Shown: piece by piece, positions 26,186-38,400 of the stretch
Layout: every line of letters starts with the position of its first letter
Numbering within the stretch: position 1 is the first letter of the stretch
Origin: Octopus vulgaris
Lineage: Eukaryota
NCBI GenBank assembly: GCA_951406725.2
Contig: OX597825.1
Location: 58,218,001-58,282,000 of the forward strand
Reading direction: 5' to 3'
Length of the DNA: 64,000 nucleotides
The notes under the pieces: generated by a model
Told to the model about the DNA's origin: nothing
Database searches by the model: none
What the model saw: the letters and a program-made list of their open reading frames with translations, nothing else
Program-made: the position numbers and the translations under genes

Positions 26186-28433
26186 TGCCTATATATATAT
26201 ATACACACACACACAATGGGCTTCCATATAGTTTCTGTCAACCAAATTCATGCACCATGGGATAATAGCACAAGACACTTGCCCAAGGCACCATGCAGTG
26301 GGACTGAACCTGAAACCATATGGATGCAAAGCAAGCTTCTTAACCACACAGCTATGTGTGTGTGTGTTTATGTACAGATATTCATTCATTTTTAAAACCA
26401 CTGTATCGTTTCCATGCGCAGATGGGTTTTACGGATACATTAATGACATATTGCCTTGCAGCCAGATATACTTCCTGTTGCTAACTATTTATTCATTTTT
26501 CAGGAAAGGGATCTCTTAATCCACAGGTCTTCAAAAGTAGTGCCTACAGATGATTCGTTAATGAGAGAAATAGCATCAGCATCACTGCTTCTAGCTCAGT
26601 GATTTTCAGGGAAGCATAAATGTTAAAATTAAAAAAAAAAAAAACACACACACACACACAAATACACACAATGGCCTTATGTGTTTTACACACAATGGCC
26701 TTATGTGTTTTACACACACACACACTAACGTTAAAATATGGTTATTATTTAACATACACTTACAAGTACAATCCTTTAATTTTAGTTGTAAAGATGTTCC
26801 TAATAAAAAGAAAATTATACATGGTTGTGAGATAAGAAGCTTGCTTCCCAACCAGATGGATCAGCCCCACTGCTTGGCACCTTGGGCAAGTGTTTTCTAC
26901 TTTAGCCTTGGGTTGATCAAAGCCTCGCGAGTGGATCTGGTCAACAGGAACTGAAAGAAGTACATCGTGTGTGTGTGTGTGTGTGTGTGTTTGCCCTCCA
27001 CCACTGCCTAACGTTAGGTGCTGGTGTGTTCATGTCCCTTTAATTTATGGGTTCAGCAAATGAGGCTTTAAAGAGATAAGTACTGGGGTAAATACATTTG
27101 ACTAAAAGGAGATGCTCCAGCATGGCTGCAGTCTAATGACTGAAACAAGATAAAAAATATACAAATACACATATAAGTATGCCTGTATATATGTATGTAC
27201 GCATGCATGTGTATGAATATATGCATACATATATGCATGGGTATATATACTCTTTTACTTGTTTCAGTCATTTGAGTGTGGCCATGCTGGAGCACCACCT
27301 TTTAGTCGAGCAAATCAACCCCAGGACTTATTCTTTGTAAGCCTAGTACTTATTGTATTGGTCTTTTTTGCCAAACCACTAAGTTACGGGGACGTAAACA
27401 CACCAGCATCGGTTGTCAAGCAATGTTGGGGGGACAAACACATACACATATATATATATATATACGACGGGCTTCTTTCAGTTTCCGTCTACCAAATTCA
27501 CTCACAAAACTTTGGTTGGCCTGAAGCTATAGTAGAAGACACTTGCCCAAGGTGCCACGCAGTGGGACTGAACCCGGAACCATGTGGTTGGTAAGCAAGG
27601 CTACTTACCACACAGCCACTCCTACGCCTATGTGTATGTATGCATATAAACATACACATTATTACATATGACAAGATGAGTTCAACAAACTCAGCTGAAC
27701 ATCGACGAAAAGCAAATTGTTATAGATGTCTCTTTCTGTGTATCCAGACTATATTATTTATTCCAGTACTTAATTGTCATTATAGCACTTGTCATACCTC
27801 TTTATATATACCATATATTAAACTATTTGCCCTCATCACGGCATGTTTTTTTTCTCCTCCTCTTATTCTCACACGTGAAACAAAACCAGCTTACCACACA
27901 GGAAACACCTGCAAACACATTACATGCACACACACAGACATACACATCAATTTACACTAACAAATACTTACGCAATTATTTGCTGACACATTTTAATTAC
28001 TGTATAGCAAAAGACTTTTATATAGTAGTCTGTACACAATTTGTATAAATACCCCATCTTCTATACATACAGCAGCACAAGCATAAATTAAATGCATCAG
28101 ATATATGTGTGTGTGTGTGTGTTTATAAATATATACACATACTACACAGGAGACAACAATGTATCACACACACACACACACACACATATATACATAACAT
28201 TATATACGACATATGTTGATGCAATATATATATATATATGCACACACACACACTACACAGAACAAAACAATATATGGCATATGTCAATGGAATATATATA
28301 TATATATATATGTATATATAAAACATTATAAACGGCATATGTAAATGGAATATATATACACATATATGTATACATAAAACATTACATAGAGCATATGTCA
28401 ATGGAATATATATATATATATATAAATATAAAG

Positions 28434-28480
28434 AAACATGTCTGACAAACGGGAACGTGAAACTCTGAGTAATAGTTTTG
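28434..28480 (+). ncRNA. Minimal type I hammerhead ribozyme-like motif (G8 mutated to A) in a Penelope-like pLTR fragment
   Basis: CTGACAA-ACG/GGAA/CGT-GAAA-CTCTGAG-TA; predicted cut after 28471 (GUA); imperfect helix I AAAC(A)TGT/ATAGTTT. Confidence 0.6.
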
Positions 28481-28654
28481 TGATATTTTGGCTGCTTTTT
28501 AATAAAGTATATATATATATGTATGCATATATACATTTATGTATGTATGCACACATATATATATATATATAAAAACTTATACATATATATACACATATAT
28601 ACATATACAGACACAAATATGTATATATTTGTATATATATATATATATATATAT

Positions 28655-28827
28655 ACCGGAGTAAACACATAAATGTGAAACAAGGTGGAAAAAAGAGTAC
28701 TCAAATACCAGGGGTAGAGTAATATGCTTTATTTAAAAGCAGCAGAAATTCAACAAAACCTGTTACTCTGAGTAACATGAAACTCAGAGTAACAGGTTTT
28801 GTTGAATTTCTGCTGCTTTTAAATAAA

Positions 28828-28833
<6 letters not shown>
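28655..28833. mobile_element. Penelope-like pLTR fragment with perfect fold-back duplication
   Basis: Arms 28727-28773 and 28782-28828 are exact reverse complements; homologous to 28459-28507. Confidence 0.7.
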
Positions 28834-28865
<32 letters not shown>

Positions 28866-29063
28866 ATATATACATACATATGTATATACATATACATACA
28901 TATACACATATGCACAAGCACATAAACATATAAACACACACACACATATATATATATAAATATATATATATACACACACACACATAGATATATATATATA
29001 CACACTCATAGATATATATATACACACACACACATAGATATATATATATACACACACACACAG

Positions 29064-29095
<32 letters not shown>

Positions 29096-29103
29096 ATATA
29101 TAT

Positions 29104-29136
<33 letters not shown>

Positions 29137-29219
29137 CACACAGATATACATATATAGACATAGCTATACATATATATATATACACACATATATATACATA
29201 TATATATACACATATACAG

Positions 29220-29965
29220 AATGCTATTAAGTTCTTTTTATAAACTTTTAGAGGATATAACATCAAAGGTAGCCTATAGAAAGAGGAGGGGTAAAGGAAA
29301 CAAATAAGCAGGAAACTAATAAATGAGAAATATAGAGCGATATGTGAATTAAATAAAAGCTTAAAGGATTGGAGGAAGTGAAATGTAAGAAGAAAATCAA
29401 TGTTCAAGTTATATATAATGGTAGATATCACTTATATGAACTAAAGTAACAATGTCTTTTTTTATATAGGTAGTTCTTCTCAGTTATCTAAAAGAATTTC
29501 TAATCATTACTCTACATTTAGGGATAGTAATAAATGCAACAGTACAGGGCTTAGTGAATTAATTTGGTATCTAAAAGACCATAATGAACAATTTAATTTA
29601 AATTGGTTGATTCCCACTATTTCATTCCTATATGATACAGGTAAAGGATTCTGCCAACTCTATAACACTGAACTATTTTCTATTCTTTTTTCTAAGAATA
29701 CCCTTGTAAACAAGGTTTTGACGTTATATGCTCAAATGGTTTATGATAAAAAAAAATTAATAGCATTCCGTTCATCATTCTACGCATCCATCACATTCTG
29801 CTAAACAGTCTTATTAATGAGTCTAGTTTCTTTCTTTCACTCTCTGATGAGAAGATTGCATTGTTTTACATCATTTTATTCCATTGGAATAATACCAATG
29901 TTGTCTTCGAAAAGTGTCGGAAGTAAAAGAATTTGAAAAACACCTGCGTTTAACTCCATTTATTT
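29220..29965 (+). mobile_element. 5'-truncated Penelope-like retroelement: GIY-YIG endonuclease remnant, 3' pLTR with hammerhead, and inverted upstream piece
   Basis: From about 29460: FYIGSSSQLSKRISNHYSTFRDSNKCNSTGLSELIWYLKDHNEQFNLNWLI...YDTGKGFCQLYNTELFSI...LVNK, fitting the pattern YIG..R..H..F..T.LS..IW.LK..W.I..C.LC..E..N. 29220-29266 is an inverted homologue of 29720-29768. Confidence 0.8.
29838..29925 (+). ncRNA. Type I hammerhead ribozyme-like motif with intact CUGAUGA/GAAA/GUC core and extended helix II
   Basis: CTGATGA 29844-29850, helix II GAAGA..CATTG / CAATG..TCTTC, GAAA 29909-29912, GTC 29916-29918; directly 3' of the PLE endonuclease. Confidence 0.7.
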
Positions 29966-30005
29966 AATTTATATATATATCTATACATATATATGCATGT
30001 ATATA

Positions 30006-30097
<92 letters not shown>

Positions 30098-30706
30098 TAT
30101 GTACATATACATATGCATATATATATATACATATATATGTACATAGATATATGCATATATATACACATATAAATATATGCATATATATACACATATATAT
30201 ATGCATATATATATACACATTTGAATATATATATATACATATAAATATATATACATTTGCATATATATATACATATGCATATATATACATATGCATATAT
30301 ACATATACACATATATATATATACATACATACATATACACATATGTATACACACACATATATATATACACATAAATCTATATAAATACATATATATATAT
30401 ATATAACACACCTGTATACATTTATATATATATTATACACACATTCATGACATATACATATATACATTTATATACATACATATATATATATACACATATA
30501 TATATACACACACACATATATATATGTCATACCCAGACATAGATATATGTACATTTAATACGCATACATGGATATATATACATACATATACACATACATG
30601 GATATATATACATGTCATACACACACAAACACTCACACACACATATTATATATAAGCAATAATAAATCTCTGAGCGAGGTATAAACGGTAGCTGCACAAC
30701 ATTGTT

Positions 30707-30827
30707 AAGTATATTTGCCACTTAAATGTGCTGACCCTTAAGGGTGGATGCTACTGTAGCTTGTAGCTACAAGCTGCATCAGCATCCACACTGAAAGGTT
30801 AGCCACATTTAAGTGACAATTATACTT
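30707..30827. repeat. Imperfect 60-bp-arm palindrome
   Basis: Centre GCTTGTAGCTACAAGC (30759-30774) is perfect; arms about 85% complementary by eye. Confidence 0.85.
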
Positions 30828-31023
30828 CACGATATATATATATATATACATACATACATATACACATACACAGATATATATAAATTCATATATATATCAT
30901 ACACATATATATATATACATATATACATACATATCAAACACACATACACACACACACACATATATATATATATACATTCATATATATATCATACACATAT
31001 ATATATACATATCAAACACACAT

Positions 31024-31060
<37 letters not shown>

Positions 31061-31239
31061 CACATACATATACACATATATGTGTGTGACATATACATAT
31101 ATATATGACATACATATACACGAGGTATATATATTTACATATAAATGTATACACACACACGACACACACAGATGACATATACATATATAAATACATATAT
31201 ATACATACATATATGAGACATGCACACATACATCCACAC

Positions 31240-31281
<42 letters not shown>

Positions 31282-31522
31282 CATATATATATCACACACA
31301 TACAATGTGTGTGTGTACACACAAGTTTAATATCTCATATACTGACCACCAACATTACACTATAATACAAATGTTCTGATTGGTTGTTACATGACATGAA
31401 ACAACCAATGAGCATCTTGGTAATTTCATAACCTTGCATAGAGTGCATGAGATTGTATCTGCACGTACACATACATAAAAAACATCTGTATGTCCGTGTG
31501 TGTGAGTGTATACGTGTGTGTG

Positions 31523-31568
<46 letters not shown>

Positions 31569-31905
31569 CATATAAAGCACACATATATTCACACATACAC
31601 ACAAAATAAATTCTATTAGTAGGGAAAGAAAAATATAAATACACAATCACTTATACATCGATACACACACTCACACGCACTTGCACTCATGCTTAAATGT
31701 ATATATGCAGATACAAATGCATATATTCATGTATAAGTACATAGTAATACAAATACACACACACACACACACACACACAGAAATAAATACACACACACAA
31801 ATATATAATTAAAAATATTAAACAACTGCTCTTTTTTTTAGCCTTAAAATTCTGCCATTGAATTCATTGTTAAATTATCACACACCACATTTTAATTCAT
31901 AAGCT

Positions 31906-32149
31906 TCAGGTTTCAAAGAAATTTTCCAGCCAATTCAAATATCGCTTGGCTAAATGTCTTTGGAATAAATCAGGAGATTTCAGTTCTTGTTCAGCAAATT
32001 GAGTTTCTTCAGCATTCAATTCCTTAATGGACATTTCCCACTTGGTGTTGTATAGGTGCTTGCAGTCAGGCTGGTTAACAAAATCTTGTTGACAGTTCAT
32101 CTGTTTCTTCTGTTTGATGGCACATGCTAATGAATGAAGTACAAACCTC
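31906..32149 (-). CDS. PTAR1: PTAR1 last coding exon (RFVLHSL...QRHLAKRYLNWLENFFET*)
   Basis: Acceptor tttttccag, in frame with exon 6 (AG|G=Arg), TGA at 31908-31906; C-terminal A..Y..WL motif. Confidence 0.9.
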
Positions 32150-32392
32150 CTGGAAAAAAAGGTACAAACGTGTAAAATAACAACAAAATATTAATAATAT
32201 TTCTACTATAGGCACAAGGCCTGAAATTTGATAACATCGACCCCACTACTCAACTTGTACTTAATTTATCGATCCTGAAAGGATGAAAGGCAAAGTCAAC
32301 TTCAGCAGAAGTTGAACACAGAACATAACAGCAGATGAAATACCACTAAGCATTTCGCCCAGCACACTAACAATTCTACCAGCTCGCCACTT

Positions 32393-32424
<32 letters not shown>

Positions 32425-35400
32425 GCATGCCCAGCTGACAACAAGGTATGCGATAAGGAAGAAAGAAAAGTCGGGAGATAAGAGAGGTTAGCTTGGGAAG
32501 TTAAGCAGTTGTGGTCGATGAAAAAGGTAGCAGTAGTACCAATAATTGTCGGAGCCCTGGGAACAGTGAGCAAAAATCTTGAGAAGTACATGGAACAAAT
32601 AAGGACTGCAATAAGGGTGGAGCACTTGCAGAATGCAGCACTGCTTGGAACCACTTGAATACTCTGGAAGGTGCTTGAAAAATAAGAGGTGTTACCTTAA
32701 TTCACTGGTAATGAACAGCTGACACCGTAGTACATTTCCAGCGTTAGAAGCTGTGCAAAAGCAATGACAATAATAATAAATGTTCTGATGTAATACCAGA
32801 CACTAGCTCTCATAGCTTCTGATCTTAACTGATTAGGGATGTTATCATGTGCATTGTTTTATCTTAGTATAAAAGATGGGTTACAGCAAATATTCTGCTC
32901 AATACCACAGATTTGCTTGTCAGTTGTTTGACCATAACCAGTTGAGCATGTCCCTTGCTGACTGACAATATGCGCATCTCTGATCATGAGGAAAAGAAGT
33001 GGGGGAGCATCATAACCATGTGCTAAGAAAAATTCTTTGGAATTTGAACACTTCGCCTCTGGAAACATGGATGTTTTGTTTGACATCCTTAAACAAACCT
33101 TATTCAAGAACCTTTTGAGTGGAATGGTCTACTCAACCTGACGAAAATTCTAAGTGGGCCCCACCTGCAAGGTCATGGGATGTTCATCTTGATATGAAAT
33201 CACCATGTTGCACATGTGGTTGTGATGCATGTGCCTCGAGTACCCTTATCAGACAGGTAGCCATGATGGAAATATTGGGTTTCATATATTTGTACCCCAG
33301 TGTCACTTTGATGGCATGCACTGCTCTCTCACTCAATAATAATTATAATAATAATGGTTTCAAATTTTGCCACAAGGGCAGCAATTTGGGGTGGGTGGGG
33401 ATTGGTTGATTACATCAACCCCCAGTGTTTATCAACCCCAGAAGGATGAAAGGCAAAATCGATCTTGGCAGAATTTGAACACAGAATGTGAAGATGGATG
33501 AAATAACACCAAGCATTTCGCCCGGTATGATTCTGCCAGCTTGCTGCCTTAATAATAACTATTAGGTACAGGGCATGAAATTCTGGGGGGAAGGGACTAG
33601 TTGATTACATTGATGTTAGTGCCCAACTGGTTCTTATTTTATCAACCTTGTAAAAAATGAAAAGCAAAAGTAACCTCAACCAAATTTTAACTCTGAATGT
33701 AAAACCAGAAGATATACTAACACAGACGCATATGCAATGTCTTCTATACACATACCTCTTTTAATGCATGTGCACACAGAAACAAACCTATGTAACTAGA
33801 ATAAATTCTTTGTGGACCAACTCCACAAAAGAAGTCTAGCTTGGCATCTGATGGGACAAAGTAATGGAAGGAAGACCTCAATACCTTACATCATGAGAGA
33901 GAGGTCAACAACAATAACATGATGATTAACCCTTTCAAATTTCTTTGTCAAATGACTTACTTATTAATCCACACTGTTTTGAATTAATCACACATTATCT
34001 TGTAGCTTCAGGATTTCAATGGTGTGTTCGTATATTTTTAAAATGACATAGTAGGATAGGTCTGAGAGGTTGGATCTGGTCAGTTTTAACATAAAACAGT
34101 TAAAATATTAGGGCCAAATATGGCCGGATTAAATGCTAAAGGGTTAAGGGGACGAGGAGGGATAGAAACTTCAACCTTCAGTTATGCAAAAAAAAAAAAA
34201 TAATAATAATAATAAATAAATAAATATTGTGTTACCTGTGATACCAGAGAGTTTCATGACCTGGGTATGAGTGGATTAAGAAACTTATTAAGGACATCTC
34301 AGAGATGAAAGGGTTTTCGACTGGCAGTTGACTGCAGCCATTGTTGTGAGTATTGTTAACAGGTCTGGATCCTTCTGTGTTGTCACAGTGGTCTGACAAT
34401 GAGCATTGGTATTGTTGGCAAGAAGACAATTGCATTAAAAGAAACTGGCGGTACTGGAAACAGCTATGATCAGATATATGTTGTTGGATCCATGACTTAG
34501 ACCAGGATAGCTCCGACAAAAACATCTAAACAGAGTGAATTGAAAAAGAAATTTGGAGTAATTAAAAATTACAATGGGGCTATAATATTTTAGATTTATC
34601 AACTAACTTTTTGAGCAAATAGGCAAAGCTATATGGTTAAGAAGTTTGCTTCCAAACCATGGGATTAGGGTTCAGTTTCACTGTGAGGTATTTGGGGCAA
34701 GTGTCCTCTACTGTAACCCAGGGACAACCATAGTCTTGTGAGTGAATTTGGTACATGGAAATTGAAAGAAGCCTATTGTGTGCATCTGTGTGTGTGTGTG
34801 TGTGTGTATGATCACGATGATAGACATCATTTAATATCTGTCTTCCACGATGGATTGTTTGACAGGATCCAATGAGCCAGATGAGTCACCGGACTCCAAT
34901 GTCTGCATTGGCATCATTCCTTTGGCTGGATGACCTTCCTACTGCCAACCACTATATAGCGTGTACTAGGTGTTTTTTCAGTGACACTGGCAGGAGTGAA
35001 GTAACTTGCAAGACAAAAAAAAGAAGCCCTCTCAACGGTGGGACTGTAGCAGGAGGGGGGGGTTATTTGTCGAGTGGTGAGAGGCTAAATTGCGATAAAA
35101 CAGGGACAGGTATTTCAATATAGAAGACATATGTGGCTACTTCACATTATGAAAAGTGTGGATGAGAGTAGCTGGAAGGAAGACAAATATATTGGTGACT
35201 AGGGTACAAAGATGTATAACTGCTAGGTAAAAACATATAGTGAAGTAAAGAAATGGAATAAGGGTAAACAAAATACAGTGAAGGAGAAATCTAAAAACTA
35301 ATGAATCTTAGAAATAAGATGACAAAGAGCTGTCTGGTGAGTATAGAAAATAGATATTAATACACTGCTGCTGCTGATGATGACGGTGATTACTACTACT

Positions 35401-38400
35401 ACTACTACTACTACTTGTGAATAGAGAAGAGGACTTACTGTGTAAGAATAACAGAGTATGAGTTTCATCACCCAGGTGCGATGATTCCAAGCATAATAAT
35501 TGCAAGAGTATTTGGAAGCTGCTAATGTACAGGTATCAAATTCAGCCACGAGTATATTGTAGACAGGTGAATTGACTTCAGCAGTAGGAAGATGAATATG
35601 GTACATGTGATTGTTGTGACCATTACTGTTATTTGGCGACCATGGCTGGTCTGTGGACCGGAAGCAGTTTTGTGAATTAATGTCTCTGTTCTCTCTCCGA
35701 TCTCTCATCAAAGCTTGAAGAACTGGACATTGCGATACTAGGTGATTTAATAACCATTTCCTGGAAATTTTTAAAAAAAAAAAAAGCAGTTACATATAGT
35801 CATATATTCTCAGAATGGAAAGTATCAAACTTCTTTGTTTGAAATAAAAGGGTTCCCTAGAATATCAAAAACCAAATGCTTGTACTTGAGATCATTATTT
35901 CCAAGATTAACTTTTATCTTTTCAGATATAAAAAAAATATTTAAATTGTTCACTATCTGTATATATTCTGGTTTTTAAAAGAGGTACTCAATATTCTTGT
36001 GTATTGTAAGAGATGACTAACAGGGTGGAAATATGCTGAGATGGTCAAAAGTATGTGATGCAGACACAGCTGTCTGTGGTAAAGAGAGCTGTAGACATCA
36101 GATTAGGGTTCTCAGTTCTCCATACTTTGGCACATCTGGTCATAAAACAATGCCTCAGAAAGTCCTGTCTAACTCATGCCAGAATAGGAAAACAGATATA
36201 AATGATAATGATGACAGCAGAAATGTTTTATTTGGGTTGGTCTCTGGTCATCATCAGCTGTCTTTTTTCCTGAATTGAAATGAATTAAAATGTAGTATAG
36301 TAATGTAATAACTAAGTCTTTTTTTTTTTAGTCTTTAACCCTTTAGTATTAAGATTATTCTGTTATTTATTCACATTGTTTTGAATTAATTCAGTATCAT
36401 CTTGCAGCTTCAAAATTTCAATGATATACTTGTATATTTTTATATTGTAGGGTAAGTGTGAGACGTCGAAACTGGTTTGTTCAAACATGAAACAAATAGA
36501 ATATTTGGGCCAGATATGGCCAGTTCAAATACTCAAGGGTTAAAGTCTAAAAAGATTGTAATTTTATTAACGACAACTCATCTATTATATAAAATCTGTT
36601 CTATCTGTCTGTGTGTGTGTCTTCTAGGATCTCGGGCATCCTTCATCCGATTGCGCTCAAATTTGATATGTAGATAGCGAAGGTATCAGGGCGTGTATAA
36701 GTCTTGAAAAAATGACAAAAATCGATTCCAGGTGAGAATGCAATCGATAAAGCCATGGGAACGTGCATTTGTATGCGCAAGTACATCAGCTGTTGCGATC
36801 AATACTACGTGTACACGAGAAAAAGTCTATCTTCATTTATTCTTTTGCTGGTGTCTCAAATTTAGGTTAAATCAGTGTTTCTCAAAGGGGAGGCCTATGA
36901 GATGGTCGGACAAGTTGTTTTGAGAAAATTTGGTTTAAATGTTTGACAACTCAGCACCGTCCATTGGACAGGGGGCGTTTTTTTAAAAGTTGAGCAAGAT
37001 ATTTTATCAGTGTTAGTACTGAACCAGTGTACACAGTATTTTTATTTGTCTTTTATATTGGACAAGGCCATTTCTCACACACATTAGAATTCTTCATTCT
37101 CTGTGACAATCCTGCATTTTATTCTCTGTCGTGTTGAATTTGATGAATATAAGAAATAAAAGTTACCTGTGGGAAAACACTTCAGCACTCTTAGGATGCT
37201 TTGTAAGGATCAGCGTGCCAAGCTTTAAGCAGTCACCAGCTTTTAGATCCCCAGTCAAAATCAGCTCCTTCCTTCAAAAACATAAAAAACAAATACAAAA
37301 TGTAAGTAACTCTATTGATATATTCTCATCCTGCCAATCTCTTTACCCTCTAATCCGAAGAAACTATATGAACCCAGTTACACGAGAAAATGTAAAAATT
37401 AAAAATGGATAAATAAACAAACCAACTTACAAGGGACGTTCAATAAGTAATGCCTCTGACCCACTTGCAGTTGTTTGATCTAGCTGAAATTTTGCATGTG
37501 CAATCATTTATATCTCTATAGAGTAAGTGGCAAATTACAGCTCTGAATTAATTGTGGTTTCTGATTTACAGGTGTTTGAACCGAGTCAAGTGTGAAATGG
37601 AGCCTGTTGAGTGTCGAGCAGTGATCCGGTTTTTGTATTTGAAAGGACGCACACCACGGGAGACTTTTGATGAAATGAAAGTAACTTATGGTGATGATGC
37701 CCCATCATATGACCTTGTAAAACGCTGGCATCGTGAATTCAAACATGGTCGGAACTCTGTGGAAACAGCTCCCAGATCTGGTCGCCCCTTCTGCCATTGA
37801 TGTGTCCGTCAAGTTGAGGCTGCCATTTTGGAAGATCGACGCATAATTATTCGCCAAATAGCCCATGAGGTCAAGATTAGTACCGGGTCTGTGAAAACTA
37901 TCATTCATGACCATTTGCATATGCAAAAGGTGTCTGCCAGATGGATTCCCAGGTTGCTCACGCCTTTCCAGAAGCAAGAACGCGTCGAGTGCTCGAGGGT
38001 GAATTTGGAGATGTGCCAAGAAGATGAGTCAAAATTTTTCAAAAGACTGATTACACAGGATGAAACCTGGGTCCATCACGATGATCCAGAGACCAAAGCC
38101 CAGTCAATACAGTGGAAGCACCGTGATTCACCCCCTCCAAAGAAGGCAAGGGTGCAGCCCTCCGCTGGCAAGGTCATGCTCACAGTCTTCTGGGACCAGG
38201 ACGGAGTAGTGATGACAGATTTCTTGGCAAAGGGTACCACAATTGCAGGAGCCTATTATGCTTCACTTTTGAGGAAATTAAGAGAAGTTATCAAAATCAA
38301 GAGGTGGGGCAAGATCAGCAAAGGCATCCTCCTCCTGCAGGACAACGCTCCGGTCCACAACTCGCTTGTCGCCAGATCAGAAGCACAGGCGTATGGCTAT

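Larger units (their letters stand above)
28090..31800. repeat. Large compound (TA)n/(CA)n/(TACA)n microsatellite field hosting Penelope-like fragments
   Basis: Seen directly; source of the many Y/I/C/V-rich spurious ORFs. Confidence 0.9.

Noticed and set aside
26666-26716. Two-copy 22-bp tandem repeat
   Set aside because: Ordinary slippage duplication between CA repeats.
29812-29852. ATGA...TGAT as a possible SECIS in the PLE 3' region
   Set aside because: No apical AA motif or helix pairing, and no in-frame UGA in the adjacent ORF remnant.
28090-31650. Many 60-170 aa ORFs rich in Y/I/C/V/H/T (also at 20485-21598 and 2455-3374)
   Set aside because: Translations of (TA)n/(CA)n microsatellites and SINEs, with no splice or homology support.
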